A DNA stretch of 64,000 nucleotides from Octopus sinensis. Lineage: Eukaryota. The notes beneath the pieces are model-generated. The model was not told the DNA's origin and made no database searches. It saw only the letters and a program-made list of their open reading frames with translations. Shown here piece after piece: positions 40,690 through 54,327 of the stretch. The stretch covers positions 64,604,001-64,668,000 of the forward strand of contig NC_042998.1 in assembly GCF_006345805.1 (NCBI RefSeq). The letters run 5' to 3'. How positions within the stretch are numbered: the first letter of the stretch is position 1; each line of letters opens with the position of its first letter. Both the position numbers and the translations under genes were made by a program.

Positions 40690-40911
40690 CTTTACTACCC
40701 ACAAGGTGCTAAACACAGAGGGAACAAACAAGGACAGACAAACGGATTAAGCCGATTACATCGACCCCAGTGCGTAACTGGTACTTAATTTAACGACCCC
40801 GAAAGGATGAAAGGCAAAGTCGAGCTCGGCGCGAAACTTGAACTCAGAACGTAACGGCAGACGAAAAACGGCTACGAATTTCACCGAATGTGCTAACGTT
40901 TCTGTCAGCTC

Positions 40912-40915
<4 letters not shown>
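40688..40915 (-). mobile_element. tRNA-related SINE
   Basis: Same family as 30802-30943 and includes the tail ...gtttgttccctctgtgtttagcaccttgtgggtagtaaagaaat. Confidence 0.8.
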
Positions 40916-40963
<48 letters not shown>

Positions 40964-40972
40964 CATATATAC

Positions 40973-41022
<50 letters not shown>

Positions 41023-41085
41023 TATATATAATATATATATATTTATATATATAATATATTTATATATATTTTATTATATAGAAGG

Positions 41086-41136
41086 AGCTTCTACAGGACT
41101 AGTACTGTTTCATTCAAGAGAAATCTTCAGGAAGCT
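41086..41136 (-). ncRNA. Type I hammerhead ribozyme (minus-strand copy)
   Basis: Minus strand AGCUUC-CUGAAGA-UUUC(UCUU)GAAU-GAAACAG(UACUAGUC)CUGUA-GAAGCU. Confidence 0.75.
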
Positions 41137-41734
41137 ATTTAACAAGAATTGTATTAGCATTTATACATTTAGGCAGGTTTAAAGGAGTGGTGGTGGGGGA
41201 CTTTTTTGGGGGTAGGCATAGCGCAAAATATCATACTTGGGGGAGTGGTCAAGGAGTCAGTGGTAAGTTAGATGAAAGAATAGATAAATAAAAAAATAAA
41301 AAATAAAAAATAAAAAATAAAAAATAAAAAAAATAAAATGTGTGCACATACATACATGTATGTATGCTTGCACACGTGTATATATATGTGTGCGTGTGTA
41401 TATATATGGATGCGCGTGCGTGCGTGCACGTGTATGGGTACGCATGTGTATATGTGTATGTGCGTGTATGTGTATGTATGCATATATGTAGTATGCATGT
41501 ATATGTGTATGTATATTAAGTGTGTGCATATATGTATATGTAAGTATGTGTGCGTGTATGAGTATGTATGTATGCTTGCACAGTGTATATATGTGTGTGT
41601 GTTATACATATGGATGCATGTGCGTGTGGGCACGTGTATGGGTACGCATGTATATGTGTATGTGCGTATATGCGTATACGTGTATGTATGTATGTATGTG
41701 TGGGCGTATATTTGTATATGTATGTGTGAGTGTG

Positions 41735-41767
<33 letters not shown>

Positions 41768-42894
41768 GATGGGGGTGTGTGTATGCGTATAAGGGCATGT
41801 AAGTATGGATGTATGGATGTATGTATGTATGTTTACGTATGTATGTGTTTGTGTGTATATGTATGTAGGTGTGTGTATGTATGTGTGTATATATGTATAT
41901 ATATATATATGTGTGTATATATGTTTGTGTATGTATATATATGTGTATGTATGTGTGTGTATATATATGGGTGTGTGTGTGTATGTATGTATGTATATGT
42001 ATGTATATATATGTATATATATATATATATGTATGTATATATATATATATATATGTACATGTATGTGTGGGTATATATATATATATATATATATAGGTAT
42101 GTATCTGTATGTAGGAGTATATATATGTGTGTGTGTGTGTGTATGTGTATATGTGTATATATATATATGTATATATATATACATATATATATATGTATAT
42201 TTATTGGTGTATATATATAGACTAGCCTCCTAAAGTGTAGACATGAATCTATAGGTACGAGTACGTATGTGTATATACGTGAACGTATGTAGATGTTTGT
42301 ATGTATGAATATAACGCGTGCGTACGTGTATGTGTATGAGTGTACGAATGGGTGTATGTACGTGCTAATGAGTGTGCGTGCGGGAAGGAGTACTTGCCTT
42401 CTAGTAGACAGACAATTTGGACATGCTGCCATCGCCAGGATCCTTAGCTCTAGCGATCAAAGATAACAAAAGTAATAAATGAAGATAATAAAATTAAAAT
42501 TAGGGAATGGGCCTGTATTGGATTGTGTATATATATATATATGTGTATATATATATATATGTATATATATGTATGTATGTGTATATATGTGTGTATATAT
42601 ATATGTATGTGTATGTGTGTATGTGTAGGTATGTATAGGCACACATGTGTACGTATGTGTGTGTGTATGTATATGTGTTTATGTATGTATGTGCACACAT
42701 TTTATTTTTTTTTTTTTTTTTTATTTTTTATTTTTTATTTTTTTATTTATCTATTCTTTCATCTAACTTACCACTGACTCCTTGACCACTCCCCAAGTAT
42801 GATATTTTGCGCTATGCCTACCCCCAAAAAAGTCCCCCACCACCACTCCTTTAAACTGCCTAAATGTATAAATGCTAATACAATTCTTGTTAAT

Positions 42895-42944
42895 AGCTTC
42901 CTGAAGATTCTCTTGAATGAAACAGTACTAGTCCTGTAGAAGCT
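42895..42944 (+). ncRNA. Type I hammerhead ribozyme (plus-strand copy)
   Basis: AGCUUC-CUGAAGA-UUC(UCUU)GAAU-GAAACAG(UACUAGUC)CUGUA-GAAGCU: 6-bp stem I, 4-bp stem III, GUA triplet. Confidence 0.75.
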
Positions 42945-43026
42945 CCTTCTATATAATAAATTAATTTACTCTGCTATGTATTGAGTACCTTACTTACTGT
43001 GGTTAACCCCGGATCAACCCGGGACC

Positions 43027-43068
<42 letters not shown>

Positions 43069-43769
43069 TATGTATATATATATATATATAAATATAATAT
43101 ATATACATATATATGTGTGTGTGTGTGTGTGTGTGTATGTGTGTGTGTATCAGGTAAATAAGTAAGAAGGATGCACAGGTATCAATAAATTACGGCTGTT
43201 GGTAACGTAGGAGTGGTGACGTAGTTATATATAATTTATAAGATTTTATGCAGCATGTAGTCTTCCACCATTTAGAATTAAATACATTGGGATTTGTCAA
43301 CCGTATTCTAGTTGATGGTGATAAATCAATTAATGTCAGACAGTATCTAAGACCCTTATTTTACTGGAATATATCTAGCTTAATCTACAGAAAAGGTTAT
43401 GTGGTGGAGCTGCTTGCATGAGAATGACTAATGGGAAAGAAATGTTAACTAGAAGAAGAAAGGAGTGGCCAATACTTATATAGATTATCAAATAAAAGGG
43501 GGATATAAGGAAAAAAAACAACAAAATAGATAAGTAATATAAGCCATAAGGGTGGAATTAGGGGATACGGGAGGCATTGATTTATAACGTAGCAAATATA
43601 TTTTATTAAAATTGAGAAAAAATATTAATGAATAAATAATAGAAAAGGGTTAGAAATTAAACTAAAAACTACATAATGGGATACATTAACATATAAGAAA
43701 AATTTCAGGGCCGACAAAGCCTTGTGAGTGGATTTGATAGACGGAAACTGAACGAATCCCGTCGTTTAT

Positions 43770-43814
<45 letters not shown>

Positions 43815-43822
43815 TATATATA

Positions 43823-43984
43823 TGATTAATACTATCAGTGTAATAGAGATTTTAGAAATGCGTACTACAAATGGCCTAGCGTATAGAAAAATTAGTCAAT
43901 AGATTATATATTATATAAAATACAGTGTGCATTTAAACAGATCAAGTGATATGGATACCTCTTGATTTGCTTAAATGTACACTG

Positions 43985-44025
<41 letters not shown>

Positions 44026-44183
44026 TAATACTATCAGTGTAATAGAGATTTTAGAAATGCGTACTACAAATGGCCTAGCGTATAGAAAAATTAGTCAATA
44101 GATTATATATTATATAAAATACAGTGTACATTTAAACAGATCAAGTGATATGGATACCTCTTGATTTGCTTAAATGTGCACTG

Positions 44184-44215
<32 letters not shown>
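43823..44215. repeat. Tandem duplication (period 199 bp) of a 168-bp hairpin-containing unit separated by (TA)n
   Basis: Units start at 43823 and 44022 and show two substitutions between them. Each ends in a 28-bp-arm hairpin. Confidence 0.9.
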
Positions 44216-44267
<52 letters not shown>

Positions 44268-46665
44268 CTTTATGTCTGTGTTTGTCCCTCACATCACTGC
44301 TTGATAACCTCTTTTCGTGAGTTTACGGCCCCCTCAATTAGCGCTTCAGTAAACGTGAATGAATAGATAAGTAGCAGGATTAAAACATTAGTTCTGGGGT
44401 CGACTTGTTTGACTAAAACCCTTTAAAACGGTGCTCCTGCTTAGCTGCAGTCAAATTACTGAAACAAGTAAAAGAGGATAATAATAAAAGAAAACAATGA
44501 TACAATTATATGTATATTGCAAGTTTATAAATACGGGGTTCGTAAGATATTTGAGGACAGATTCATATTTATAAAACAACACAGATATATAATAACAGAT
44601 AACTTTATTCATCAAAAAATTCTATGAGGATAAATATTAACCTTCTTTCCTATAATGTCATTTCCTAAAACCACATTCTCCTTCAACAACTACTTCTCAT
44701 ACTGAAACATATATGCCAACTTTTAAAAATCGAGATATTTCGAAATCGCTCTGCTTAGCGTTTATAGCAACAATAACAGCATAACTCTTTATTTCGTAAA
44801 TTAAGGGTCTGCTGTTGTTATATACTGAATCAAAAATTTTCGAGCTAGGAAAAAATGTAGCAATGACCCCAAAATTATATTTCCTCAAATACCTTACGCA
44901 CTCTTTGTATATATAAACACACTTACACACGCACGCGCGCACAGGCACACCCACTCACACACACACACATATATATATAATTATTATATTATTGATTCGG
45001 CCCCTTGAAGGTGAAAGATTTGTAGGTTAATTATAAGAAACTTGATCAGTAATCCAATCAGCACTTTTAGAGTATTCAATAAGTTATTAAGATCATATTC
45101 CAAGGGCATCATTCCATATTCAACATTTGTATACTAAAAGAGATATTTGTAATAGCAGTGCTTGTCGCAAGTAATGTGGTTCTATATATTTATCTTTTTC
45201 CTTAATCACTATATCCCGGAGCTATTTTAAATCTTGCGCACACACTATCTATTTTCTATATTAATAGTGCTTCAGATTTATCTTTAAGAAAATCCATGAG
45301 TCGGCGACCCTGTAACCAAGAGTCATAATAGCTCTAAAATACTGTTTTACACTTTATCAACCACAATGACTTCCTACAACCTCTGTCGATCTACCTTCAT
45401 CATATGTGCTTATTTTCTAAATAGTAGAAATTTTATAACCAAGCTATATTTAACATTTAATTCTACAGAATCCAATGTATTTACGACAGATTAATTTACC
45501 CATAAGCTCTACAAGTGCGCTAAACTCGAAGCTAACAATATCATAACGTATATTTATACAATGCATTTCCATTTTCAGATCTATTCAATACACGATGTTC
45601 ACTGTAACTTGTTCTATCATTACAGATGTCCTGACTATTACTATAATAATGTAGCCTTATAGCATTATAATTATTTACATTTATTATATTGAATATAAAA
45701 TAAGGAATAGTTTCAATATAATTATTAAGAATACCTATCACAGTCCCTATATATTCCAGTATATTGTGCTGTTCATGTTATTAGTACCATTAGCATTGTT
45801 TTTAATACAATTCATATATTTCATAAATGTTTACTATCATCACAATTCAAGTTTCTATTCATGTACAACACTACTATGTTGCATAAAACATGAACGTATG
45901 GCTACCTGATATGTTGCGTCTTTTGTAAATAACAAAAATAACGTAATTTTACTACTGACTACTTTGTTTACGAGCTCCTTTGCGTACATCCAGGCCAAAT
46001 AGCTAAAAAATAAAAATCGTAAATGATGAATTTTCGATTGATATTTAACAATAGTTTACACGAAATAAAATCTGAGATTTATGTTTTGTTCTTCCTCAGT
46101 TAAAACAAAATGTACAACCGTAAGTATGTTAATGTGGTTAATAATGTTTTTTGGCGCTGCGGGGAGGGGGTCAAGCACGTAGTTTCAGATCCAGTCCACT
46201 ATGAGACATCTTCCATAAGTGCATCCTTCTATAGCCTCGAGCGGGCTTCAAATTAGGGTGCATATTTTATAGAGACAAACTATCCAGTTTGTAGTCGTGT
46301 ATGAAATATATATTTCTGTTTCTATCTTCATAGCGATTCACAACTGATGTTCGACTATTTATGTATCCACAATCTATCTGTTTGTCAAATATCTGACCTA
46401 CAACACGTATTGCGGTCGAGTATTGCCTCTAGACGTTAGTCCAGCATAACCATAAGTTCAGTGACGACAGCAACAAATAAATCAAATATGTATATAAGTT
46501 GTCAACAACAAATTGCGTCAAAAGAATTTACATTTTATTGCTATGTTTGTATATGGTATTCTTGCCCAAGGTTTCATATGTGTTGTGAGATGATTAATAT
46601 TTCATGTGATTTACTGTTTTCTTATTTGTTTCGATTCAGACACATTGTTGGGTGACCGTGTCTTC

Positions 46666-46973
46666 TTTATATCGCCGTGACAGTCCAGGCTATTAGATGT
46701 TGCTACATGTCGCTGGTCACAATGCGCTTCGCATTGTTTTAGCCTTCAAATGACGCTACTCCGCTGGCTAAGCGAGCAAGCCAACAGAAGAAAGAGTGAG
46801 AGAAAGTTGTGGCGAAAGAGTAGAGCAGGAATCGCCATCATCCCCTACCGGAGCCTGGTGGAGCTTTAGGTGTTTTCGCTTAATAAACACTCACAACGCC
46901 CTGTCTGGGGATCGAAACCACGATCCTACCTGCGCGAGTCCGCTGCTCTAACCACTGGGCCATTGCGCCTCCA

Positions 46974-46974
<1 letters not shown>
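46666..46974 (-). mobile_element. Full-length tRNA-derived SINE
   Basis: Minus-strand head ggaggcgcaatggcccagtggttagagcagcggactcg...ggtttcgatccc with A-box and B-box, followed by a non-tRNA body. Confidence 0.85.
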
Positions 46975-47021
<47 letters not shown>

Positions 47022-47061
47022 TACATATATATATATAATATATATACATATATATATATAT

Positions 47062-47122
<61 letters not shown>

Positions 47123-47271
47123 TATATATACATATATACATATATACATATATACATACATATATATACATATATACATATATACATATATACATACATA
47201 TATATACATATACATATATATACATATATATATATACATATATATATATCATATATATACATATACATATA

Positions 47272-47358
<87 letters not shown>
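46975..47358. repeat. (TA)n/(TACATA)n microsatellite
   Basis: Direct reading. Confidence 0.95.
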
Positions 47359-47362
<4 letters not shown>

Positions 47363-47759
47363 TTTATTTTCATTGTTTTGCATGTTTAAATCTTAATGTT
47401 GTAGCCATACTGGAGCACCGCTTCTGTGTGTGATCGTGTGTGTATATGTGTAATACGATTAAAAAACTGCCCAGAATGACGATAAAGGAACAAACACAAA
47501 ATCTTTACACATGAAGCTGACACAGTGTTTCCTCGTCAGTTATCGTTCGAAAATTATAGCAATTGTTCATTTTGGTGGTGTCGACAACATAAAGCTGCTG
47601 GGAATGATGGGCCATCGTAATGAACAATATTATCTTTAAATGCGTGAAATTGTTGAGTTTTTGAACGATAACTGGCGAGGAAAGATTATGAACCAATCAT
47701 ATGTATGAAATGCCCGTTTATTCCGTTCTCATCTTTCTGTTCAAATTATTAATTTTATT

Positions 47760-48480
47760 ATTTAAGTAAACGTGGCGTACATATCGGGTTCATATATGGC
47801 CTACCATTTTCGTGTAAAACCAACATCGCTTTACGACTGACAAATGAGGGGCTTCTTTCTGCATATGTTTGTTCAATACTTCCAATTGTAGACGATATTT
47901 CGTATTGTTGTCTATTAGTCTAAAACTTCAAGATATATAACATGATTCTTTTCCCACCAAACTGACCATATCGGTTTATGGATATAGCTTTGGTTTGTGT
48001 GTGAATTTGGTAGTAAGTCTACTCTCCAACGACGAAGAAAAGGTTTCTCATTCTTTCAGCTGAGAAGTTGCTGGCCTATGAGAAACACATTGACCAAATT
48101 TAAGCATTTTTCTGAATGCATGAGGATGTTTTATAATCAAAGCACAATTTGAATTGAAAGGTTAAGCTAATTTCTGTTAAGTTTACTTTCGATTTTCCTC
48201 CAATCCATTGACAAAACTTGTGCAAGTGGACTAGTATTTTCGCGTAAGACCAACATCGCTTTACGACTGACAAATGTATGGCTTATTTCAACAAATGTCT
48301 GTGCAATACTTCCAAATGTAGACGATACTTCGTAATGTTTTCTCTTAGTGTAAGACTTCAAGATAGATGACACACTTGTTTTCCCACAAAACTGACCATA
48401 ACAGTTTTTGCATGTTATTCTGGTTAGATTTTCCTCAAATCCATTGACAAAACTTGTGCAAATGGACAAAACTTGTTTGT
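47760..48480 (-). pseudogene. Two degenerate mariner transposase fragments
   Basis: Related segments at about 47810-47990 and 48250-48420. The minus strand gives ...SFVSRKAMLVLHENGRPY (HDNARPH motif) and GQCVSH (WVPH motif). Confidence 0.65.
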
Positions 48481-51400
48481 AGTTTCTCTGGGACAACAGG
48501 GCGAAAGTACCATGCAGCTAATCAGCAGCTAGATCTGAGTTATTAGGAGAAACTGAAAAACTCTCATGTTAGGAAGACATTTAAAGCCACTCTTGTTCTG
48601 TTGTGTGCTGATACTCAGTATGAGGTATCGAACACCGGGATGAAGATATTGGCCGCGTATTTGTTTATCACATATTATCCGTTTGTTCAAAGACTGAGAT
48701 TTTAAAATCTTCTATAATATAGCCACATTTAGAAAGTTTACAGAAATATATTATTAACAAAGTAGGTATAATTTCAAGTAGTTAGGCTGCATCGTCCTGG
48801 TAGCCTGCCATTTTTCATTTCATAACTGAACCGTAGTGATCATTATGAGTAACCCTGCATCGCAATATGTCAACCTATGAATTTGAATGCGTCTAATATA
48901 TGTAATAAATTTTCCCAATATGACCACGCAGCATATATGTCAAACAATCTACTACCATATAAAGTAGTGTCAAGGAAAAGAGATATATCCCTCTGCGTGG
49001 TTGCCTGCTCTAGTGGAAGTAGCTGTCAAAAGTCTCTCAGAACATACGATATCTTCTTAAAAATTAGAATTTGATACTTTACATCCTGGTACATAATTAC
49101 AACAGAGAATTGGGACGTTCATAATTGGGATACATTTTAACATAAGTCGACTTAGTATGAGCAAGCACGAAGAGTTAAATAAAAGTAACACAATAAATAC
49201 CATACATAGAACGTCACAAACAACACAAACAATATGCATACTTAACGGCAGCTGCGTCGACAAATGAATGAATTATTTTTAATTAGAAACTCAAACAAAA
49301 GCAAAAGAGAAAAAAAAAACAAAGAACTGAAATATATTTGAACATTTAATTATTTCATTAAAAAATATTTTCATTCCTATGTATATGAATTTTTTAAACG
49401 AACTTTTCTTGCTGCATCACATTACCATACTTTCGCTAATTAATGCGTCAAATTTCTATTTGCTTTGTAGATTTTCTTTCAAAATCGGGCATTTGTTTCT
49501 GCTGTTGTTTTATTTTAATAAGCTACATTGTCTGCTTTATTCCGTTATTTTCCAGCTGTCTTCTCATTATTGATGTCAATTGTGTTGTTTGTGTTTTATT
49601 TCTCTCGGAAACAGCGTTGAAAAAGTGTATAAAATCTGAAAACTAAAACATAAATTACACGTAAACCGACGTTCATGAATGCGGGTTTAATTAACACGGC
49701 TTCCGTGTTAAATTGCTGTCGAGTTCAAGGAATTCATATTGAGAAGATTGGGTCTTCACATTATTCTATTCCTCAACAAAGCCTGGATATGCCAAATATC
49801 AGAAGTTGTGTTTAGATTAAGTTGGTGATTAATGTTATTAGAAATTTCTCAAGGTGATACAGTAAATCATTTTCAGATTAAGAGGCTGTTTATTTAGATT
49901 TGGTTTCAAGTCTGTGACAATGTCCACTGCTTGTCACAGACAATATTAGTGGGTTACAATACGGCAAAATGTGTGACTTTGTAGGAAGCACCTCCTGGAC
50001 AATCTACATACACGTGCACACACACATATATATACACACACTCACACACACGCACATATACACAAAACTACCTATCGTGAGTTTTCTACATACCTAGGAA
50101 AATATTTACATCAAAACCAAGAGACTGCTTCTCCATTCACCTTTGATGAATGTAGGGTTGGCCCGGATAAACTGATGTCATGATACGTTCCGCATAGTAT
50201 TTAGGCTCACTGACGCTGTGCCATTAGATTCTACTTTTGGTAGTGAAGAAACCACAACATTGCTTATCTTTTCTTTGCTATTTAGTAACGGCTTTCTCTT
50301 TTTTCATAAGCAGCAATAAGTTCCTTCATATGCTTCATTTGTTATGGACATAGCTGCCTTTCTGCTTCTTCCTCTAATTCCAGTAGTACTAAGTATTGTC
50401 CATTCTGGCTGGGCAGGGATTCCTTTACAATGCAATCACGACTGGGAAGGGCCATTAAAGTCATTCATTCTTTTTCATATCTTGCAAATATTTCTGGCAT
50501 TTAGCGAACTTTTATACAAAGACTTGATTGAATCTTTCTTTCCCCCGCTTGCTCTCTTTGCTAGAAAAATATTATATTCTTTGCATTTTTAGCATAAAAC
50601 TACACACAGATTGAGTGGACGATTTTGAGCAACGGCAGATTTTCTCTAGTTTCTACCTTTATATCCTATTTACGTAGGAAACTGCTTTTCCTTCATGCTG
50701 TGTTGAACGGGTTTTCCTCCTTCCCTCATGAACTTCATTCATGATGTTATTTTCATCCTGTTCGGGGTGCATTTTATTTTTATTGAATTAATTCATAAAT
50801 ACCGCGACAGCTTTGGTATTCAAGTAAGTGCTTTGGTAAAATTTAGCATAACGTAAAAGACATAAACAAACTGACAGTTTATGTAGACTAATATGCAGTA
50901 CCGAGGAGTCTGTAAAATATAGAGTATTCAATAGCTGATGAAATTATAATATAACGCAAATGACAGCTTCCAGTCGATTATTCTTTTGATATCCACTATA
51001 AGGTTAAATAATCCATTTCAAATAAACATCGACCCTAGTGCACCACTACTATTTATTTTATCGACCCCTAAAGGATGAAAGACAAAGTTGACCATGGTGG
51101 CATTTGAACTCAGAACATTAAGCCAGAAGAAATACAGCAAAGCAGGAGGCACGATAACGATTCCACATGCTCGACTCTTTTGTGAGGTTAGATAAGAAAC
51201 ATGATTACCCCATGCAACTAGAATTAATTTATATACACTACGAAAGCAGTAACGCTGAGATTCTTTGTGCATACATCATTGTAATGTATTGTATGAAACA
51301 AACATTGCCTCCCTTCCAGGAATTTACGTAACTTTACCTACAAAAACTAAAGAAAACTTAACTCATAGCACAATTATTTACTTTATCATCTCTTCCAACT

Positions 51401-53300
51401 ATATCTAAAAATCCACAGCATTTTTTTTACTGTACAACCGGATATAATACTCTTAATGAATACATATGCCCTCAATGCTTCTAAGATATTCTTTTTATTC
51501 ATGTGTGTGTGTGTGCCGACTCGATTGTGTATGTATATAAATTATATATATTCATCTTTTTTTTTTGATAATGTTACTATGCTTTCAATTGAATTTTCCT
51601 TGTTCATTTTGCTGTTTTGCCGTAGAATTTAGGAAACATACGCTGTACTTTCAATAAATCAAGATCCTTAGGCTGTATATCACATTTCTGCCATATATTT
51701 CCGGCATATAATGCAGTGCTACATCAATCTAGTAATAGATGGAAATAGTGGTCAGCAATATAAAAGAATGCGAAAATTAATACTATGTATCATCCTCTCA
51801 AATATGCACCTCCTCCTTTCTCATCACATATGGATGTTCATGTAACGCCATAGGCAAGTTCATTGATGTAATTCTATCAAGAAACCATTTACGTTGATGA
51901 ATAATGTAATGGAATTCATTTAACTACAACTCTACTCTAACGACTTCAGTGTATTTGACATTCGAAATCTCCACTCAATGATTATTAATGTCAAGTTCTT
52001 CGTTTGAAATTACTCCCTTGCAAACTTTCCTTCGATCCATGTCTGTCAAACTTCACTATCTCAATCAATATTCCTTACAATCTATCTCGAACATAACTTT
52101 TAATCGGCAGATAACTTTCCAATGATGAGTGAGTCTGTAACTATCTTACTCTATTTATTTCGCCATAACTGTTTGTCTGCACTTTCCTCTGTGATATTTA
52201 GTTTCTATCTGACTAACCACCATTCACAGCCCTTGTCTATCTTTCAAGAAAATTATCTATTTTCATTTTTTTTACTGTCTATTGATTGTTAATTTGTCTC
52301 TACATTACATTCGTAGTTGATGCTACAGTATATTTCCGCTATCCGTGCAATATTTCTCATCCTTACATTTTTAAACATATATATATTCATTATTTTATAT
52401 CTTTTAATAGAACTCTCATTTTAAAATAACAAGCACTGCATCAAATCAGTGGTTGATGATGATTATGATAATAGTTATGATAATAATAAATTCAAAGAAG
52501 AAGAAGAAGAATGCATACACGAATATCAAGCACACGTTGCCTTTCATATTTTAGGAACGGATAAAAGGAACAAAGTAACATGTATTGGAATTACTTTTAG
52601 CCATATTCTCTCCAAATATTTAGTTTGGTTCTCATATAAAATAAAAATGCGTTAAAATCTTACCAACATCAACATTTTTACCGTTTCGAGTTTGGTAAAA
52701 TAAAACACGTGTCCAGTTCTTGAGATATCGATTAATTTCCTCTCCTTAAAAGAGTGTTTTGTTTAATTATTTAAAAGTAATTGAATGAATTTTGTTTATC
52801 TCTTACTTATTCTCATATTCGGTTCCTACTTTTTCCGAAGTTATAATTTTACAATTGTTTTCATCAAAGCTCATTCTATATATACATTAAATTCTCATGT
52901 TGATATATTTTACGCGTTAATTAAATTTATCTTGAGGCCATAGATATCTAGTGTAAAATAAATTTACATAAAATACGTTAATCATTATTACGCAAGGCAT
53001 TTTCTTAAAAACTACGTAGGCTAGCCACATGAAAGAGTTAAATATTTAATTGGTATTAGAAAACGAACATGTTTGTCAATTGCTTGTTTGCTTCATTTTT
53101 GTGCATGGAAATCATAAACAAGTGATTGAAAACACAGATGCATATCCACAGCGTTTATTTAGAGAATAAATACAGATAAATATCTGAAGCAGGCACAAGT
53201 CTGGACAGAAATGATCAAAGACTAAAATGGTCTAAAAACTACGAGGATTTTCTAATGTAACAGAGGAAATAGAACCATATAATTAGCTCATTATTCGATA

Positions 53301-53345
<45 letters not shown>

Positions 53346-53417
53346 ATATCATTGATTAGAGAAAAAAAATTCGGGCCAAAGACTTCATTTAACCCCACGC
53401 TTCTATACATTTCATCA

Positions 53418-53803
53418 TCTCTCTTTATATAAACGGCAGTTTGTCTGTGTGTGTTTGTGTGTGTCTGTTTGGTTGTACCCTCACTCTGACCACGGCTTTC
53501 AACCGATTCTGATGAAACTTGACACACACATAGCCCAATGTCATAATTCAAAACTAACGCAGCGAAAATTTTGAAAAGTTCCCCCAGTTCTGAAAAAGAT
53601 CGATAAATTCGACATGGGGTCGACAATCAGAAACACAAACCACAGATGGTCATGGGGACGCAACTCGACCTTTTTAACTATCAAAAAAAAATTTACCATA
53701 ATTTTTTTCCCCATTTTTTTGCTATTTTTTGGCTATAACTCTCTAAAAATGTTTTATAGTTATTTCCCTTACAAACCCGAGCAACGCCGGGCGATACTGC
53801 TAG
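53418..53803 (+). mobile_element. Non-autonomous Helitron-type element
   Basis: Starts with TC after A53417, has an internal (TG)-type repeat, a 3' hairpin cccgagcaacgccggg (53776-53791) and terminal CTAG followed by T53804 (A|T insertion). Confidence 0.8.
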
Positions 53804-54100
53804 TATACAAATAAAATGATGGCCTTCAACATATAATATAAATACATATACAAGCACGAAAAGTAAAGAATATACATGAGCATATAAAAATACAAAAGAT
53901 ATAGCAGTGCCTGTCAAGAAAAAGTATGTACAAATCGACTGAAATAGGTAATCAAAAATGAATAAATTAAAATATATCAACAGACCAAAAAATGTTTTTA
54001 CCCCTCGATATAATATATATTAAAATTGTTCGTTTTAAAAATGAAGTAATCCATGGTAGATCTGGTATCCAAGACGCGTAAGAGTGTTCTAAAAAAATAG

Positions 54101-54327
54101 AGCTAGGTCAAAATTCACATCTATAGCCATTTCGGGAGTTAACTGCCGCCGTCCGATTGCTAGTTAAAGCGCATCTCGGCAATGACCCCTCCCACTCATC
54201 AAGATGAACAGAACCCTCTAGGAATTTCAGAATCAAGTAGTGAACTATGAGATACGCTTTAACTTGCAATTGGATGTAGCGAGGGTCTCCTGATTTATGA
54301 GGTTTTGGTGTGAACTAATCCTGAGCT
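54101..54327. mobile_element. Degenerate MITE-like inverted repeat
   Basis: tccgattgctagttaaagcgcatctc (54152-54177) pairs with gagatacgctttaacttgcaattgga (54249-54274); weaker similarity extends to agct ends. Confidence 0.55.

Larger units (their letters stand above)
41070..43027 (+). mobile_element. Non-coding PLE-like element: ~285-bp HHR-bearing inverted arms enclosing ~1.3 kb of TG/TA-rich sequence, plus 3' extension, in (TA)n
   Basis: Arms 41070-41357 and 42681-42960 are reverse complements. Outside the A-rich tract they differ by four single-base homopolymer indels. The extension 42961-43027 is followed by a TA array. Confidence 0.75.

Noticed and set aside
46900-46974. tRNA gene (also 56332-56402, 59852-59926, 63107-63170)
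   Set aside because: A and B boxes are present, but the acceptor stems do not close and the heads run into repeat bodies. These are SINE heads.
53509-53518. CTGATGA-AAC hammerhead-like core
   Set aside because: There is no stem II between CUGAUGA and a separate GAAA; it lies inside the Helitron-type element.
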